A stretch of DNA of 64,000 nucleotides, taken from positions 23,128,001 to 23,192,000 of the forward strand of contig NC_058383.1 in NCBI RefSeq assembly GCF_018350175.1, written 5' to 3'. A program made the position numbers and the translations under genes. Below are positions 62,320 to 64,000 of this stretch, in pieces; the stretch's first letter is position 1; each line of letters opens with the position of its first letter. Source of the DNA: Felis catus (taxonomy: Eukaryota). The notes beneath the pieces were generated by a model. That model had not been told where the DNA came from. It saw nothing but the letters and a program-made list of their open reading frames with translations, and did not search any database.

Positions 62320-63070
62320 CCTGCACTTCAGTGTGCCCTGCCTTCCATATCTCCAAAATACACCCTGCATGTATCCACTTCTTTCCCTCTCCCCCAGCCT
62401 CCACCCTGGTCTAGGCTGCCATCATTTCCTGCCTGTCATACAGTCACCGAACTGGCTTGGCCATGTGTTCATCTCTCCCCCGACGGTCCATTGGGCACAC
62501 TTGAGGCTGAGTGATCGTTTTGATACGAATCCTGTGCTCTCCTGACTGAAACTCTCCAGTGGTTTCCCATGGTGCTTAGAATACAGTCAGAATTTCTGCT
62601 ATGTCTAGAGGCTTTACAGGCTGGGATTTTTCATGTCTCATTGACTTCATCTCCTACCCTGCTGTTTTCACAACTTAGGCTCAGCCACACTGGCTTGTTT
62701 CCAGTCATTCACACACAGCCGAGCACAATGCCGCTTGCTTCTTCCTCCACACGCAATGCTGTTCTTTCCCATCATCTTGTCATCCTTATCTCTGCTCAAG
62801 CTCACCTCATCGGGGGAACCTTCTCTGAGCAGCTTATATAGGAGTAGAGACCCCCCAGCAATCTCCACCCCCACGTCACTTTATTTTCTTTCTGTCATCA
62901 ACTTATTTGCCTCGTTATTTATTTTCTGCCTCCTCCCGTAAAATGTTATTTCCACATGATGCCTGGGCTATCTTGCCTTCACATTGTATCGCTAGAGCCC
63001 AGAACAGCATCCGGTACAGAGGGAACATTCAAGAAGTATCAGTGAAAGGCACGCGAAAATGAACAAATAT
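62320..63070 (+). mobile_element. L2 3' end
   Basis: aactctccagtggtttcccatgg; cagccacactggc; cccagaacagcatccggtacag. Confidence 0.65.
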
Positions 63071-64000
63071 TTGGAGCTCCCTCAGCCTCTAGCACACAGC
63101 AGGCAACCACTGACTTTTTCGAGGGACTGAATGGACTCCGAGACTGGCTGTGGCTTCAAGTTGTTGTTTGTGTTACGGATCTGTGTTTCGGTTACACGCG
63201 GGACAGTGATTTTATTTATCAGAGGGGTCTTTGAAATCCAAGAGAGAGTGATGTGGGGAACTGCAGGATAGGGTCAGCCCACAAGGGATACTACCCAGCT
63301 CTATCCTCAGCTTCCAGAGATTCTTCCACCTGCCTCCTACCTAGACCACCTCACATACTCCAGCATGAACATCAGATCCAGCAAGAAGCTGGTGGGCAAG
63401 TCAGTTATCTTCAAGGCTTGGTTAAAACACCACTCACACCCTGAGCGTGCTGCATACTCCTGAGAGGACAGACTATCTGGGTGGATATAACACGTAGTCA
63501 AGAGTTTCTTCAATGCTAGTGTTCAGAAAATACTGCGAGATATTAATTTGTATTTTCTCCCTTTTCCTTTCTGCTGTGCAGGCAGGTGGCAGGCTTGGTG
63601 TTTGATTGCTTTGGGGGAGGAATGTGTCAGGGCTGAAGGGAGAAGTATTCCCCGAGATTTCTGCTGCTGTTGCTGAAAGCCTAAACATATTGAGGATAGG
63701 TTTGTGGGAGGAGGTAGAGTGGAAGACTCTTGGAAGTCTCAGAACTCCTTGGAAGTCTCAGAAAGGAGAGAGAGACTGAAAACAACAACAAAGATATCCT
63801 CTGGGCTGGGCTAGGGGAGCCAGTGGGGCCCCAGAGCAGTAGGAAGGCAGAGCAAGCCCAGGGAGAAATGGGTATGTGATGTGTCCATGGACATAGGCCG
63901 TAAGGACCTGCCACCTGTCCCATGTCCCACTCTGAGGGTGGAAGCAGCACAGAGCTAAAGGTACCACACAGATGGAATGATGGAACTCTTGGAGGTAACT

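Noticed and set aside
1..64000. CRISPR arrays, operons, rRNA, NUMT or endogenous non-retroviral virus
   Set aside because: No regularly spaced repeats, no long gene-like ORFs, and no mitochondrial or viral motifs recognised; the sequence is repeat-rich felid non-coding DNA.

Overview
Mammalian genomic DNA from a felid, probably Felis catus or a close relative, inferred from many Can-SINEs including young SINEC_Fc-type copies with intact target-site duplications (TSDs). I find no credible protein-coding exon, RNA gene or processed pseudogene. The supplied ORFs are explained by repeats, microsatellites, high GC content or chance. Much of the window is interspersed repeat: Can-SINEs, MIRs, L2, L3/CR1, old and carnivore L1s, MaLR/ERVL/ERV1 solo LTRs and hAT MITEs, often nested. 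The non-repeat part looks like an intergenic or deep-intronic regulatory region. It has an orphan CpG island at ~57.2-57.9 kb with an AT-rich palindromic core and two G4 motifs, several motif-dense unique blocks, a strong CTCF candidate at ~31.9 kb, and a compact CRE/MYB/RFX/CCAAT module with a nearby forkhead site at ~35.5-35.7 kb. The most unusual structure is a ~150-bp inverted repeat (47052-47195 and 48412-48562) that I cannot assign to any repeat family. Repeat names come from recalled consensus sequences and boundaries are approximate unless a TSD is given. I cannot support a claim of a new biological system from the sequence alone.
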